A DNA stretch of 38,535 bases from Trichomonas gallinae (taxonomy: Eukaryota): positions 1 to 38,535 of the forward strand of contig MRSU01009362.1 in assembly GCA_008369845.1 (NCBI GenBank). Reading direction: 5' to 3'. The notes beneath the pieces were generated by a model. That model was not told the origin of the DNA. It searched no databases and was given only the letters and a program-made list of their open reading frames with translations. Both the position numbers and the translations under genes were made by a program. Positions 1-11,300 of this stretch are shown here, one piece after another. Within the stretch, counting starts at the first letter, position 1. The number at the start of each line of letters is the position of its first letter.

Positions 1-243
1 AGCATGCATGCCCCCCTACCCATGAATGAAAAATCCATTTTGGTGTCACCCCCTCACTAACTATGTCGGTCGAGCCTTAATGCGACCTAAAAGACGCCTG
101 AATTTAAAATATTGTTAGGATTTAAAATTTATAATTTAGGTTTAGGACCATCTATGCATGTGTGTGAAGTTTTTGCGACAAAACTAGTAAAGTATTATAC
201 CTGTCTTAAAACCCCGCCAAAAAATAAATTTACAATTTATAAA

Positions 244-251
244 AGCCGCTA
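244..251 (+). promoter_or_regulatory. Putative Trichomonas M3 core-promoter element (AGCCGCTA)
   Basis: Matches the M3 consensus DRCSGYTD as I recall it, and lies about 15 bp upstream of the ATG at 267 in otherwise AT-rich DNA. Confidence 0.35.
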
Positions 252-266
252 AAAGTTTTACAAAAG

Positions 267-1904
267 ATGAAGGAAGCAAAACTACGACGGATAAACAAGA
301 TCCCAGACTTCTGGCTGACTTGCCCGCCTGTTGGCTCTGTCATTCCTCTTCCTGGACAAGAAAATATGTTTTTTGTGCCGATAAAACGCCCATATCCAGA
401 TAGTCAACAAAAATTCCTCCCTGACAACAAAAAATGGACAATATCTTCGATGATCACTAACCTCCGCAATGAAATCAAATCCGATAAACCAAAAACATTC
501 TTTTATTTCGATACTGAAAAAATTGAATCTGAAACTGAAGAGGAAATTCACAATGCAAACATTGTATATGTTCCATTTTCACCAGACAGATACAAGGAAG
601 CTGACATTGTCGATTTTTGCAACAAAGTTAATCAATACGTTCAAAATCAGTCGCTTTTGAACTTCAATGTCTACTTTGTTGTTGCTTCAAGACACGGAGG
701 CAACAGTTCTGGATTCTTTATATGCAGTTATTTGATGAGATTCGGAAAATTATCATATAACGAAGCTTTAAAGAGATTTGCGCAGTCCAGACCACCGGGC
801 ATTTATGAGAGAGAGCCTCTTGAAGTTCTTGCGCACCTTTCTCCTGAAGAAGTCAAGATTCAAGAACCAAAATTGCCAAAATGGATGCGTGACAATAAAT
901 ATATTGGTGATTCTGCTGAAATCCCATTCAGAGTCGAAAGCACACCATCATTGGATAAGTATGGCATCGAAATGAAAGATTCAAATTTGATTAACAAGCT
1001 ACAAGACCTTGTTAACGAAGCCATTGGTAACAACTTCATCAACTCACAGTCAGGAATAATTCCTACGTACAGAGTTTGGAATGATTCTTTGATTCCAGAA
1101 TTTTCTAAAAATGTCTACAGAATTTCAATGATTCCGCGCGGAACACACGTTCTAGTTCTGTCTGATGACAGAAGATACATCTACATTCACTGCGGATTCC
1201 ATAGATTCTGGAGAGTCGAATACAAAGTCGCCACTGATCTTCCGTTCGTTGCTGTTGCTTATGCAGTTCCTATGGAGGACAAGCTCCACCTTTACCTCTC
1301 AGATATTCTCAGAATCGAAAAGAGAATGTTCCATAATGACGATATTAACAATCGCGCGGATACACTATGGTTTTACCTTCTTCCACGCCTTCAGCCAGTT
1401 TCCAACAGCCGTGTAAGACTGTGCTACCGCCCTGTTGGTCGTCTGACTGATGCAACCACAAAATTATTTGATGATACCGTTGATTTCTACAAGATGCACA
1501 AATTCGATGTCGAAGGCTTAGTCCTCGTCCAGCGCAGAGGAAATATCGGTAATTTCATGTATATCCCGCAGCGCCAAACATTATTATTGTTTATGCGTTT
1601 GGCTTCTGAAACAGATGTATTTTTATATGCCCGTACAGATGATGGAAAATCACTTGTCGCCGTCAGTTATATGGATATTAGCGAGCACATGAAGCGCGGA
1701 TCGATGGATAACTACGTTGTTAGATTTGAAGTCAATCCAAATGATGGCAACTTGATCCCTGTTTCTGTGTGCAAGAACGAGCTTCCTAACACATATAGTT
1801 TCGTCAATGGAATATTAGATTTTTACAAGAACCATAAGAACGCCAGAGAGATTGCTAAATTCTGGCAGGATGAAGCTATAAAGAGGATGCCACCATCCAA
1901 GTAA
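267..1904 (+). CDS. mRNA capping enzyme homologue (cysteine-phosphatase-type RNA triphosphatase + guanylyltransferase + OB-like C-terminus), predicted catalytically inactive
   Basis: The N-terminus NKIPDFWLTCPPVG and FAQSRPPGIY closely resemble metazoan Mce1/RNGTT (NKIPPRWLNCP..., FAQARPPGIY). The P-loop equivalent reads VASRHGGNSSGFFICSYL (canonical VHCTHGFNRTGFLICAFL). GTase motif I reads YRISMIPRGT (canonical YKVSWKADGT), motif III YLSDIL, motif IV DVEGLVL, motif VI-like KNELPN. Confidence 0.85.
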   Translation: MKEAKLRRINKIPDFWLTCPPVGSVIPLPGQENMFFVPIKRPYPDSQQKFLPDNKKWTISSMITNLRNEIKSDKPKTFFYFDTEKIESETEEEIHNANIVYVPFSPDRYKEADIVDFCNKVNQYVQNQSLLNFNVYFVVASRHGGNSSGFFICSYLMRFGKLSYNEALKRFAQSRPPGIYEREPLEVLAHLSPEEVKIQEPKLPKWMRDNKYIGDSAEIPFRVESTPSLDKYGIEMKDSNLINKLQDLVNEAIGNNFINSQSGIIPTYRVWNDSLIPEFSKNVYRISMIPRGTHVLVLSDDRRYIYIHCGFHRFWRVEYKVATDLPFVAVAYAVPMEDKLHLYLSDILRIEKRMFHNDDINNRADTLWFYLLPRLQPVSNSRVRLCYRPVGRLTDATTKLFDDTVDFYKMHKFDVEGLVLVQRRGNIGNFMYIPQRQTLLLFMRLASETDVFLYARTDDGKSLVAVSYMDISEHMKRGSMDNYVVRFEVNPNDGNLIPVSVCKNELPNTYSFVNGILDFYKNHKNAREIAKFWQDEAIKRMPPSK

Positions 1905-2616
1905 CTTTATTTTTTGTTAACATTTTTATAAAGATTAAATTTTCTAGCTTCATCTTTTTAACTATCATAAATAAATCCAAGCCATCAAAACAATCATTAA
2001 TAAACCACATAAAACAGTAAAAAAAATCAATTATGATATCAAAAGATTATAACAGCCATGGCACATTTTTGATGGACAAATGATTGGTAATACATCATGC
2101 AGCTAGATTATACAATGGAAATGGTCATGATATTCCTTTTCAACAAATAAATCTCTCGTTTCACCTTGTTAAAACTGTTTTTAAGCTGTGTAATATGATA
2201 AAAAGTGAAATTATTGATGTAAAGAGTATATTGTATGCAGTAAAACATAGAAATATGGACTTAAATGAAATTTCGAAATGAAAAATGTTTTTGAAATAGT
2301 CTTTATATTATAAAAAGTGAAACTGTTGACATAAAGACTAGCATTGTTCAACAAATAAGAACATTTATAATTTTCAATCAAATGAACCTGAAACAACTAG
2401 AAATACTTTAATCATTCTATAATGCATCAGAACAACACTAAATAAACTCATAAAACATTAAAATAATTTTTTGGATTATCGAAAAGTCCGAATTATAACT
2501 TTTCAAAGCGAAAAATATGATAAATATGTTATATAATATAAGAAAACAACAAAAAAGAAAATTTCGGAATTTTTACTAAAAAAAATACGTAAACCGACGA
2601 AACAGTTTTTTCATCG

Positions 2617-3162
2617 ATGGGTCTCCTCTTCAGTGAAACATTCAAGAAGTGGTTCGGCAACCGTGAAACACGTGTTCTTATGCTCGGTCTCGATGCCGCT
2701 GGTAAGACAACAGTCCTCTACAAGCTCAAGCTCGGCGAACACGTTACAACAATCCCAACAATCGGCTTCAACGTCGAGACAATCGAATATAAGGGCTTCA
2801 ACATGAACGTTTGGGATGTTGGTGGCCAGGATAGAATCCGTGCTCTCTGGCGCCACTACTTCCACAACACACAAGGTTTGATTTTCGTTGTCGACTCTAA
2901 CGATGTCGGCCGTATCGATGAGGCCCGCGATGAGCTCCACAAGCTTCTCGAGGAAGACGAGCTCCGCGATGCTATCCTTCTTGTTTATGCTAACAAGCAG
3001 GATCTTCCAAACGCTGTTAAGCCACAAGAACTCGGCAACAGACTTCGCCTTAATACAATCACAAACCGTCCATGGCAGGTCCAGGGCTGCTGCGCCACAA
3101 CAGGTGATGGCCTCTATGAGGGTCTCGACTGGCTTGGCGATCAGATCAACCAGCACTTCTAA
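2617..3162 (+). CDS. ARF1: ADP-ribosylation factor (Arf1-like GTPase)
   Basis: 181 aa with an MG myristoylation start, [34 protein letters not shown] and CAT motifs. Strong C-ending codon bias of a highly expressed gene. Confidence 0.97.
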   Translation: MGLLFSETFKKWFGNRETRVLMLGLDAAGKTTVLYKLKLGEHVTTIPTIGFNVETIEYKGFNMNVWDVGGQDRIRALWRHYFHNTQGLIFVVDSNDVGRIDEARDELHKLLEEDELRDAILLVYANKQDLPNAVKPQELGNRLRLNTITNRPWQVQGCCATTGDGLYEGLDWLGDQINQHF

Positions 3163-3779
3163 AATCGCAGATAATAAACAATCATAACTCTGTTCATTTG
3201 GCCGCTATTTTAATGGAATTTCGGATCAAAAATTTCAAAAACCTAATTTGTTAATAGTTTTTTTACCATCATCGATTATTTACATCATACTACTGCATAG
3301 CCTTCCTGTTGGCTATACAAAAAATGTATATGAGAGTGAAAAATGAGATCAGATCTGGAAAATTTAATTTGTGTTAGCAAACGGACAAATCTCTGTTAAA
3401 TTTTTGATCTATTTGGGGATTAATGTTGACTGTGTGGTTTTTTAAAACTTAAACTTTTAAAAATTTCAAAAATGAATATATGAGAAAATTTATAAAATTA
3501 TCCTGATTTTAAAAAAATATCGAAAAATCTAAGTAAAAATTAGCCATTTTAAATACTGTATTATATATGATTTTAATAGTTTTATCCTTATTACCTATCA
3601 AAATGGTAATAAATCAATAATTTTTTGAAATTTGCAATATATTTTGGTTAAATATTTCGATTATGTTATAATTCTTTCTAATTTTGTTCTCATTACCAAA
3701 TTTCTAATAGAAATATGTGCTTATATTTAACATCATCCATATAAAAATCTAAAAATACATTTTATAATAATAACAAAAG

Positions 3780-5300
3780 TTAGCTGAAAGATCTCCATTG
3801 AAGGAGGATATCATCGGCAGCTTTCTTGAGAGGATTCTTGAATTTAGCTAATCTCTGGATCTCAGGCAAATTCAATCTGTAAGCATCTAACATTTCTTCG
3901 CATCTTGCCTTCCTTTCTTCAAGGTTGACATCTGCTCCATTCGTTCTCATCGTAGCAAACGTAATTTTTCCAAATGTGTTCATAATCGAATCGATTAATG
4001 TTAAAGCAACATCCGGCTGTGTTTCAAAAAGCTTGTTAGCGATGATCATAACTGGAGCAGCACTCTCCAGTTTGATTGCTTTAGGTCTACGTAAAATAAT
4101 TGATGCCATTTCAGGCTGGAGGTCGCCGCCGCTTGCAACAGTTTCTATTGTTTGTTCCAAGCCGGAGTCTTCTATCATATCTCCTAATCTCGTAATTCTT
4201 GAACCTCTTTCGATCATTTGCGTGCAAAATTCAGGACGTTCGCGTCTGAATTCCGCGTAAACTTTGTTTTCGTCGCAGCTAAATGACGTTGGCGTTGATT
4301 GTCGTTTCAATTGAGATCTTTGTGGGGAAACACTTGAAGCATCGCTTCTTCGTGGCGCAGATTTCTTTGAATATGGCGAGTATGGTTGTAAAGTGTCGAG
4401 TTTGACTCGGTTTAATGTGATGTGATTTGACATCGCAGAAGCAATGACAACATTGCCTCCTACTATTTGGGTATCAAAGACCGTTCCAAGAGAATACTTA
4501 AATCTATCAAAAACTTGATTTGGATTGACTCCAACTACATTTAATAAAGATTTTGATATCGAAAGTGCAGTAGTTCCCTTTGGATGCCATCTAATCGATG
4601 CGATTTCGGCAGTATTCTTTTGTAGAGTTGGTTCTATTTCTGTAAATGTGTCTAAAGAGAAGAAATGAATTGATCTGTCTTTTCCTCCAGAAGCGAGGAT
4701 ATTATCTGTTGGATGGAACTGAAGAGCTGTTACAGCATCTTGGTGCAATTCGTGATAAGCTAAAATTTGGTTAGATCTAATATCGTAAATATTAACAACT
4801 TTATCTAAACCACTGACAGCAATATACCTACCATCTGGTGATAAAGTGATAGTAGTAAGTTCATCATGGCTTACATTAAACGTAGCAATCGGAGAATGGC
4901 ATTTTTGAGCAAGAATTTGAACTCTTCCGTCCTGTCCACAAGTAACAATCGTCTCCTGGTTGGATGGATCGAATGTCAGCCCACCAACCTTAGACGACGA
5001 TGCTGCCCACTGAGAAATTGTTTTTTCGGCTGCAATATCAAAAAGCATCACAGAGCCTCCAACTGTGCCGCAAGCAATGACTTCTTCTGTGCGCTGGAAC
5101 TCTGTGGCTGTTATGTACGAATTTAAGTTCTTGAAGCACGCACACGGCGTTTCTTTTCCGATTGCCCAGAGATTTAAGACTTTGTCTGCGCCTGCTGATG
5201 CAAAAACAAGACCTGTGTTTGGGCCAATCGTCATTGATGTGATTGCACCTTCATGGGCTTGAGTATTATGAACAGGAATTAATTTAGGAGAGTCATTCAT
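3780..5300 (-). CDS. KATNB1: Katanin p80 WD40 subunit-like protein
   Basis: About 6 N-terminal WD40 repeats (AHEGAIT...LNLWAIGK, HQDAVTALQFHP...LASGGKDRSIHFF), a Ser/Pro-rich linker, and a helical C-terminal domain with the con80-like ADVNLEERKARC motif. Confidence 0.85.
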   Translation of the reverse strand: MNDSPKLIPVHNTQAHEGAITSMTIGPNTGLVFASAGADKVLNLWAIGKETPCACFKNLNSYITATEFQRTEEVIACGTVGGSVMLFDIAAEKTISQWAASSSKVGGLTFDPSNQETIVTCGQDGRVQILAQKCHSPIATFNVSHDELTTITLSPDGRYIAVSGLDKVVNIYDIRSNQILAYHELHQDAVTALQFHPTDNILASGGKDRSIHFFSLDTFTEIEPTLQKNTAEIASIRWHPKGTTALSISKSLLNVVGVNPNQVFDRFKYSLGTVFDTQIVGGNVVIASAMSNHITLNRVKLDTLQPYSPYSKKSAPRRSDASSVSPQRSQLKRQSTPTSFSCDENKVYAEFRRERPEFCTQMIERGSRITRLGDMIEDSGLEQTIETVASGGDLQPEMASIILRRPKAIKLESAAPVMIIANKLFETQPDVALTLIDSIMNTFGKITFATMRTNGADVNLEERKARCEEMLDAYRLNLPEIQRLAKFKNPLKKAADDILLQWRSFS

Positions 5301-5321
5301 TTTTTATAAACAAAATTTTCA

Positions 5322-5331
5322 AAAAAGTGAC
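5322..5331 (-). promoter_or_regulatory. Inr-like element GTCACTTTTT upstream of the katanin p80 ATG
   Basis: AAAAAGTGAC on the + strand lies about 25 bp from the start codon. The same element recurs upstream of the minus-strand genes at about 29211-29220 and 32847-32856. Confidence 0.5.
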
Positions 5332-6717
5332 ACAAATTTTATAAAAATGTGAATTTTTCGATTTTAACACGAAAAACAGCATATAGAACTTTATTACATC
5401 CCAAATCAAATAAAAATCATCATTATTGGTTTTTATTAATACTCCATGCTATTCATCGAATGCAATCAGTCTAAGCTAAAGAAATTCAACAATTCTGATT
5501 CAAAGATACAATAGTAGTCTCTATACTCTATATAATTATGTGATAATCATAGTTTGTTATGTTATATTGGTTGAAAAACATCAATGTTTCATATACAAAT
5601 GTTGTTTTAAGTTGTTTATAGATTTTATGCACGTAATGATAGGTTAGAGTTTAATAGTTAAGAACCCTAGATAACAGAAGTTACAAACACACCCAATCAA
5701 TGAGTTCTTTTTAAATATTTATTCAAATTTTTTAGATTTAGTATTTCTTTTGTGTATCTATTTTAAGGTCAAATATTTGGCAAACCTATGATAAATTATA
5801 TCTATACACAGTCCTTTAACATCATTAATTTTATTAAACTTATTATGATTAACAGATTGGCTAATATTTTATCTTATAATTTTCAAGTACCTGTAGATTT
5901 AAACACAAACAAAGCATTCACTAATCATGAAAAAGTTTTTTATTCCACTCCAAAAATATTGTTAATCCAAAACAATAGACATGATATCATCATTTCCATT
6001 ACACAGAAATACAAGGATTACTACCAATTCATTCATTTAATACTTATATATGTAATGGATTTCGAATTAGGCAAAATAAAGAAACCATGCATTACATCAT
6101 TAGAGTCCTATACAACATGCACGACGTCAAACTTGTTGGTCAAATTCAGATTTCGAATTTAGATATCAAGCAATACACTGCTTTGACTTGGATTCTATGA
6201 TTAACAACAAGCTCTTAGTCTATATAATACAATTCTGGCTTTCGAAGGATTAATTCTTTAGTATGAAAGAAATTTAATCAATGTCATTTCGTATTTTTTA
6301 AAACTAAGTTATATCGAGCTATAAACCGCCTTTCATGGAATAAAGGGGTCTGTGTTGTGATGGGCATTTCCCTACAACGAATTATTTTGAAAACATGCGA
6401 AATCGCACGTAAAATTCCAATAGACAGTCAAACGGCGCCGATGTTCGATTATATGATGGTATCGTATCACTATTATAAGCTTAAATTTGGATAATCTTCA
6501 TATATAACCATGCTTTCAAAATTTTGTTAGATTCAAAATCCTTATTTGATCTATAATGATTCTGATGACTCAGCAGACAATATCGGTTAGTCCGTTAGCG
6601 GGTACAAACAACGTTTTTCTTATAATTTTGATTGACAATTAATTAAATTTGTATTTAATGTTTGGTTATTTTAATGGAACAAAAATTAGAGAAATCAATC
6701 ATTTATCAGAAAAATAA

Positions 6718-6950
6718 TTTCAGAAAATTGTTGTGTTTCCATTCAACTCGTATATTTAATGTAATAAAAACGAAATAAAACTTCATTGAATTATTTTCTG
6801 AAAAATGTAATGTTTTCATTAAATTTGTATGATTATTGCAATATAAATGAAATAAAATCGAATGAAATTTTCTGAAAATTGTTGTCCTCTCAATTAATTT
6901 ATATTGAATATATAAAAGGAATAACATAAAATAACGTAAAATGAATTATT
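6718..6950. repeat. Degenerate AT-rich tandem repeat, about 3 copies of about 75 bp
   Basis: Recurring blocks TTTC(A/T)GAAAA(T/A)TGT...AAATAA...TGAA(T/A)T. Confidence 0.45.
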
Positions 6951-7161
6951 CAACAATAATTGAAAATTTTGATAACATCCACTCAATTTCATTTAATATA
7001 TTAGACTTATTATTATACAAAAAGCAAGAATATCAAAAATACAATTAATAAAATTAAATAAAAAAAAATACCACGATAAAATAGCCACTTATTATGTAAT
7101 TAGTCGAACAAAACAAAAAAGAACAATAAAATTTCCCATTTTATATTAAATATTTTTTTAG

Positions 7162-7944
7162 ATGACTGTTAACGTGGTCGTGAAAACGGAAGACTTTAAC
7201 GAGAATTTCCGCGTGAACAATGTTCCATTAAAATATACTGTTGAACAGTTCCAGAAGCATCTGTTGAAGTTCTATAACTTAACCAGTGATATTTCAAATT
7301 TTATGTTTTTAGGAAATGAAGAAATAATTAATCCAAGATCTTTTGTTGGTGATCTTGTGACCGATGAACCATCAACTGTTACTGTTTATGCAGTAGGTAT
7401 CCAACCAAAACAATTTCCAAAGCATGAAAACGCAAATAATGACAATAACCAGGTTAAAACTAGCGTCAACAATACACAAACAAAGGGTGATTCAAATAAC
7501 CAGAATGAATCTGAATCCTTCAATGAATCGAAATCAAATAAGAGAAGATCAAAGCATCAAGAAAAGCCAAGAATAAAAGAGATAGATTACGATCCACTCA
7601 AAGAAACCGAACAAAGGCATCATCATAAAAAAATATTAAATATATTAATAGTCGTCACCATAGCTTTCGGTGTAATATTCCCATTATTTTTCAAATACAA
7701 CCTTCCAGGCTCAGCCATAGATTCTGCTAATGGTGGATGGTCATTTAATTTAAAGGGTAGGTCAATTCGCATTATTACGTCGATTATCTTCATTCTTTTT
7801 ATATTTTCCTTCGTTATTGTACCGTTTTTCAAGACTAAAGTTACAAAAAGAATGTTCCACAAGCTATATCAACATTTCTTGCTCATGCTTAAGCCGAACT
7901 ATAACCTTGATAACTATGACGATGAAAATAATCGCAAAAACTGA
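7162..7944 (+). CDS. Hypothetical membrane protein with a possible N-terminal ubiquitin-like domain and two transmembrane helices
   Basis: 260 aa ATG-initiated ORF. The first ~80 aa show a beta-grasp-like pattern (VNVVVKT...YTVEQFQKHL...FMFLG...VGDL...VTVYAV), followed by an Asn/Ser/Lys linker and two hydrophobic stretches (ILNILIVVTIAFGVIFPLFF; IITSIIFILFIFSFVIVPFF). Confidence 0.6.
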   Translation: MTVNVVVKTEDFNENFRVNNVPLKYTVEQFQKHLLKFYNLTSDISNFMFLGNEEIINPRSFVGDLVTDEPSTVTVYAVGIQPKQFPKHENANNDNNQVKTSVNNTQTKGDSNNQNESESFNESKSNKRRSKHQEKPRIKEIDYDPLKETEQRHHHKKILNILIVVTIAFGVIFPLFFKYNLPGSAIDSANGGWSFNLKGRSIRIITSIIFILFIFSFVIVPFFKTKVTKRMFHKLYQHFLLMLKPNYNLDNYDDENNRKN

Positions 7945-8361
7945 TATATTTTATTATCGACAAAAATATTTTCATGTTGTCCTGTCTGTTTTATTACTCT
8001 GTGATTATAAATCATCACACTTTTAAGTTTTTATATAAACTTATTCTTTCTCTTAAATTTATTTCATCAAAAAAAAAAAAAAAAAAAAAAAATTCATGCA
8101 ATACTATCATATTTTTTAATCAAAATATCTCATCTACGTATAAACATTAAATATTATACTTGTTAAACTAAAATTTTATTGACCAATTGTTAAAACATGT
8201 TTTTGACATGTTTGGAATATAGAACTCGCTTATTTGACTTTTATGGACATAAAATGTGTATACAAACTCATAAAATCCAAAAATTATATTAAAAATTCTA
8301 TAATATTGAGATTAACAACAAAATACAAACAATTTATAAATAAAAACAAACAAAATATTAA

Positions 8362-11300
8362 TTATATATTCCAACTCACTCTTTTTGTTTCTTTTTCAAC
8401 GAATCTTATTGAATCAAGAGCATTAACAATAGGAGACATGCATATTCTCTCGATTTCATTGTCTAACTCTATGTCAATAGAATCTATAACAGGTTCTAAT
8501 TCTGAGTTTTCTAAATTATTGTAAAATTCTTCTATGCAATCTTTGACAACGCATGATAATATATAAGCAGCTTCATCACTATCATCTTCTTCATTATTTG
8601 TATCGATTTCTTCATGGGTCATCTCTTCAATTTCGCTTCTAATGAATGAGAAAATCGAATCATCATCTTTTTCTTCTTCTTCAAACTTTTGTTGATTTTC
8701 TCCGTCATTGATAATGGATGAGTCAAACACGTAGTTTGGATTTGATTGTGACTCTTCGAAAATGTCTGATATAGTGTCTCCAATGAAGCTCCTCTCTTTT
8801 TCGAGATCAAAATCAATTGAAGAAAGTCCCTCAATCGATTCCATACTGTTGTTAACAATGTTATTGACACTTTCTTCCTCATTTACTTCAAGCTGACTTT
8901 CTTCAAAGATAATCTCTCCATCTTCAACTTCTTCGTTTGCATCAATGGTGTCTGTCGTGTCATGGAAGACAAATGATTCTTCTTCTGGATGCGTCAGATT
9001 TTCATCATCTTCGTCGAAATGGTAAATATTGACTGGAGCTTTTTCTGACTCATCTTCGCTTATGATGCTGAACTTTGACTCTTCGTCCTCAGTTTTATTA
9101 ACAGATTTCTTCTTTTGTAATTCTACAGCTTCATTGCTAATAATTTCAAATATTGATTCTTCTTCATCGAACTCATTATCGTTAATACGAATTTCTTCAT
9201 CATTTTCACTCAAGTCATAAACATCTTCTTCCTCTGCATTGTCTTGATTTTCAATTTCCTCTTCTTCATCATCTGCTTTATCAATTCTTTCTTCTTCATG
9301 TTCAATGGCTCTGATTTCTATCTTGGAATCAACTTCATTTTCTTCTGCATTTTCTTTATAATTTTCAACTATAAGTGATTCAATTGATTCTTTTTTAAGT
9401 TCGTTGTCTCTGTTTTCATTCTTGAAATCATCTTCATGTTTAACTGCCTCTTCTTCTTCATGGAAATTATAAATTTTTTCTGGAGCTGTTTCATTAAAAG
9501 ATTGATCAATTGATTCTATTTCCTCTTGTTCAAGTTCTACCTTTTTATTTTCTTTCACCAAATCATCATTTTCTTCATAGAAATTATAGATCTTTGCTGG
9601 AACTTTATCAATAACTTCTTGTACAGTTTTAATATCTCTGTTTTCTTTCTGCAAATCAACATCAAAATTATCTTGCTGATTTTCATCCATTGATTCTTCT
9701 TCAATAGCATCACCAACTTTGTTTAGTTTCTCTAAATCATCATTTTCTTCATGGAAATTATAAATCTTTGTTGGAGATTTTTCTTTAGCTGATTGATTGT
9801 CTTCTTGAAGTTTAACAATTCTGTTTTCGTTCTGCAGATCATCTTCTTTAGTTTCATTCATTGTTTCTTCTTCATCAGAATCTATATCAATCTTGTCATC
9901 TATCTTCATTTCATCATCTTTTTCTTCATAGAAATTGTAAAACTTAATTGAAGAATGAGTAGTTGTTTCTTCTTCTTGTTGATTATCTCTGTTTTCATCC
10001 TTCAAATCATCTTCTTTCGTTTCATTCACAGGCTCTTCTTCTTCATCATTTATATCAATTCTGTCTTCATTGATCAAATCATCATCATTTTCTACATGGA
10101 AATTATAAATCTTAAATTGAACCAATTCATTACGTGGTTGATCTTCTTCTTCAAGTTTAATGTCTGTGTTTTCTTCTTTAGTATCATTCATTAATTTTTC
10201 TTGATCAGAATCTATATCAATCTTATCTTCTTTCTCCAAGTCATCATCGTTTTCTGAATCATCCTCTACATGGAAATTATAAATTTTTATTGGGAAGTTT
10301 TCTTTTAATGAATGAGTAACTTTTTCTTCCTCGTGTTGGATGTCTCTGTTTTCTTCTTTCAAATCATCTTCTTTAGTTTCACCAACAGATTCTTCTTCTT
10401 CATCATTTATATCAATTCTGTCTTCATTGTTCAAATCATCATCATTTTCTTCATGGAAATTATAAATCTTTATTGGAGAATTTTCTTTTAATGAATGAGT
10501 AACATTTTCTTCCTCGTGTTGGATGTCTCTGTTTTCTTCCTCCAAACCATCTTCTTGAATTTCATCATCATTTATATTAATTTTGCCTTCATTGTTCAAG
10601 TCATCTTTTTCTTCATAGAAATTATAAATCTTTGGTGGAAACTTTTCTTCAAGTTGAATATCTCTATTTTCGTTTTGTAAATCAATTTCTATGTTGTCTT
10701 CTTTAGTTTCATCCATTGATTCTTGTTCGTGAAAATTATAAATATTTGCTGGAGCGTTTCCGATGAATGATTGTTCAATCAATTCTTCTTCCTCTTCATA
10801 AGTATAATCGTCAGTTTCTTCTTCATTATGATTTTCTTTCTCTGGTATGTTTTCAATTTGGTCTTCTTCTGCTTTTTGCTCAATAATTTCACTCATTAAT
10901 GATTCTTCTTCCAATTCTTGCTCATTCATCTGAGAATCATTTTCATCTTTCACTTGTTTTTGAGATATTGCTTCTTCCTTATCTTTTTCATTAACAGATT
11001 CTTCTGCTTTATATAAATCAACATCTTGTGGCAGATCATCAAATGTTAAACTTGCATTAAATGATAATTCTTCTTCTAAGTTTTCTTTGTTGGCTGAAAA
11101 TTCTTCTTTTGCGTCTTCTTTGCTAATTGGTGAAATCTGGGACTGGAATGTTGGCTTTGGCTCAAGAAGGAAGTAATAGTCCTCATCATCACTTTCATAA
11201 TCTTTTTCTTCAATGTGGTAAGAATGATCCAAAGTGTTTTCATCTGTTTTGCTTTCAAGTAAATCAAAAGTGTTATCTAATTCTTCTTTAATTTCTTGCT

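Noticed and set aside
2611..3156. 181-aa antisense ORF exactly overlapping Arf
   Set aside because: An expected by-product of strong codon bias on the sense gene (few TTA/CTA/TCA codons); no recognisable protein features.
5788..6620. 124-aa ORF and a slightly GC-richer patch as a gene or relic
   Set aside because: Low-complexity I/N/F/Y composition typical of AT-rich spacer ORFs; I could not reconstruct a coherent protein or RNA.
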